From Macrostomum lignano (Eukaryota), in contig NIVC01001205.1 of the NCBI GenBank assembly GCA_002269645.1, positions 124,001-188,000 on the forward strand: a stretch of 64,000 nt of DNA. The letters run 5' to 3'. A program made the position numbers and the translations under genes. Each line of letters begins with the position of its first letter. Position 1 is the stretch's first letter. The notes below the pieces were generated by a model. It had not been told where the DNA came from, made no database searches, and worked only from the letters and a program-made list of their open reading frames with translations. Positions 41,181-64,000 of this stretch are shown here, in pieces.

Positions 41181-41921
41181 GCAATCAAAATGTCAGCATA
41201 AGTTTTCTGTAAATAAATACGAGTAATTTCGAGCGGAAGAAAACAGCACAGCATCGGCTTTTTTAAATGAATTGTAACACAGGAAATCTAAAAAAACTGT
41301 TTGTTTCCGTGAATTACTGAGCAAAAATATGATAAACAATAAACAAATGTGATTAATTGAGCTAAAAAGTGATTCGAATAGTCGGAGGTGAAGCCACTGA
41401 AAATCAAATAAACGAAGCGCGTTGATGAATGAATAAACTGCTGCATTTGTTTTACAACTTTCCCGACGATTTTAAACGATGGCTTCAGTTCCAATTTTTC
41501 GACTGTCTGCTTCTATTCTTCTTTACTCTGAACTCAGAGTTTTGTAAACGGTTAAAAAACTAGCTTTGTTGAACTCAAACATTCTAACTCAAGACCGTGA
41601 GTTGTAATTGCAGCATTTATGAAATTGCATCCGAGCCAAGATGCCAATGGAATTGCGAAGTTGAAATTCAAAGAGGCTCAATACCACATACAATTCTGTC
41701 ATATTCCACATACTATTTTTACCCGCGACTTAAAAAGTAGTAGTATAATATATTTTTTGTCTAATATTTTATCTATAATCGTAAAAAAGTGTAGGTAAAT
41801 TAATTATAACTTCTACTGGCAGTAGAGCAGAATGGAAATGTTTTTTAAATAATAAACTAAGCTTTAACCCGTCTTGAAATTATCGATAGAAGGAAAATAT
41901 TGGCTACTCAACACTTCTACA

Positions 41922-57548
<15,627 letters not shown>

Positions 57549-57904
57549 TAAGCAATAAAAACATATAGAAAGAGATTTGAAGATGTGCCGACCAATTAGA
57601 ATTAATCAGGGCCGCTGCACCCTGTGTGAGCAGTGTGCATCAGTGCGTGGCCTGTGTACAGTATTGGCACGCTTGCATGCAGTCAGCGGAATGGTCAGAA
57701 TCGCTTCTGCGCTTGATGTAGAACGATATGTCATCAAAGGGCGTTGAGCTACGTGCCCTATCCTAGGTGCAATGGCTCGTACTATTATCATTTGAATATT
57801 TTCAGAGAACTGTAAAATTACGTAAATAATTATGGTAAATATTAATTGTGCGGTTCTGGCGCCCTGGTGCTGGCGCCCCTGGTGCTGGCGCCCCTGGTGC
57901 TAAA

Positions 57905-58410
57905 GCCCTTGATATTGAAATGGCACCCTTGATACTGAAATGGCGCCCTTGATACTGAAATGGCGCCCTTGATATTGAAATGGCGCCCTTGATACTGAAA
58001 TTGCGCCCTTGATATGAAATGGCACCCTTGATACTGAAATGGCGCCCTTGATACTGAAATTGCGCCCTTGATATGAAATGGCGCCCTTGATACTGAAATT
58101 GCGCCCTTGATATGAAATGGCGCCCTTGATATGAAATGGCGCCCTTGATATTGAAATGGCACCCTTGATATTGAAATGGCACCCTTGATATTGAAATGGC
58201 ACCCTTGATATTGAAATGGCACCCTTGATATTGAAATGGCGCCCTTGATATTGAAATGGCACCCTTGATATTGAAATGGCACCCTTGATATTGAAATGGC
58301 ACCCTTGATATTGAAATGGCACCCTTGATATTGAAATGGCGCCCTTGATATTGAAATGGCACCCTTGATATTGAAATGGCACCCTTGATATTAAAATGGC
58401 GCCCTTGATA
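57905..58410. repeat. 21/19-bp minisatellite (CCCTTGATATTGAAATGGC(A/G)C), about 24 copies
   Basis: Read directly; lies in the divergent intergenic region. Confidence 0.96.
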
Positions 58411-58838
58411 ATGAAATTTAGTCGACTCAAAAGGTGCTCTTACCCCTCCAATGAAATGAAACGAATCGAGTCAGTTCTATTTTCAGCTTAATCGTTTTAA
58501 TCACCCAGAAAACATGACAAACTCCATAATATGAATCATTTACATCGATTACGCTTTTAGTACCCTCTTAGACAGTGCATTGTCACCCTTATAGTACCGT
58601 GATATACGTACATACCGCTTAGTTGCAAGCATATAAATCCCATAAATAGTACATACAGTGATGTAGTTGAGGTTTAGTAAATTGCAATTACTACAATGTT
58701 CCTTATTAAACGCCATAGGAGCCCACGTGAACCCTAGGGGCCATTATAGGCTCCAGTTCAATTGTCCCAGTAAACACACGGGAGAGACACCACTTATCTA
58801 CAGAGGCAGCTGAATTGCGCAGAATATAGTTATTGATA

Positions 58839-63649
<4,811 letters not shown>

Positions 63650-63689
63650 GTAAGTCGATAAGTTACTTTTATCGTATAAAATCTCCCTG

Positions 63690-63880
63690 TACAGAAGTTA
63701 GGGACTCCTAGAACTTCCACAGGACTGGGAGCCAGGGACTCTTAAAACTCCCACAGGACTGGGAGCCAGGGACTCTTAAAACTCCCACTGGACTGGGAGC
63801 CAGGGACTCTTAGAACTCACACTGGACTAGGAGCCAGGGACACCTAGAACTTCCACTGGACTGGGAGCTAAGGGACTCCT
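63690..63880. repeat. 34-bp minisatellite (GGACTGGGAGCCAGGGACTCTTAAAACTCCCACA)
   Basis: Read directly; related to the 60665-60925 array. Confidence 0.9.
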
Positions 63881-64000
63881 AGAAACTTTCTGAGATTCTC
63901 ATAGATTCCCAAAGATTCCCAACTGACCCCCCATAGATTCCCATGGATCCCCATTGATTATTCCCATAGATTGTTATTGATTATTTCCATAGATTCCAAT

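Overview
Eukaryotic (metazoan) DNA with GT-AG introns, retrotransposons and satellite-filled introns. The style suggests a Macrostomum-type flatworm, which is inference only. The left 30 kb is a graveyard of nested mobile elements. It holds a decayed intron-containing RPA70-like gene (681-1827) and a 3'-truncated CsRn1-clade Gypsy element (3862-6604). A second Gypsy element on the minus strand (6779-~22050) has its integrase interrupted by a full-length LOA-like LINE (7145-12450, 13-bp TSD) and by a non-autonomous Helitron (13121-16048, A|T target). Next come a disrupted TBP-fold gene missed by the ORF track (~22630-23209), the 5' part of a Polinton/Maverick-type pPolB (23406-25353) and a Crypton-type tyrosine recombinase with a single nonsense codon (25552-26841). 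The right 33 kb holds three multi-exon host genes: a CH-like/ankyrin protein (-), a divergent vinculin/alpha-catenin-family protein (-), and an ankyrin-repeat/Mab21 (cGAS-like receptor) fusion with an apparently intact catalytic triad (+). Most introns of the latter two genes carry a tandem array, mostly with different units. The best novelty candidates are the TBP-like + pPolB (+ YR) module and the ANK-cGLR fusion. All homology calls come from motif recognition by eye; no searches were run.
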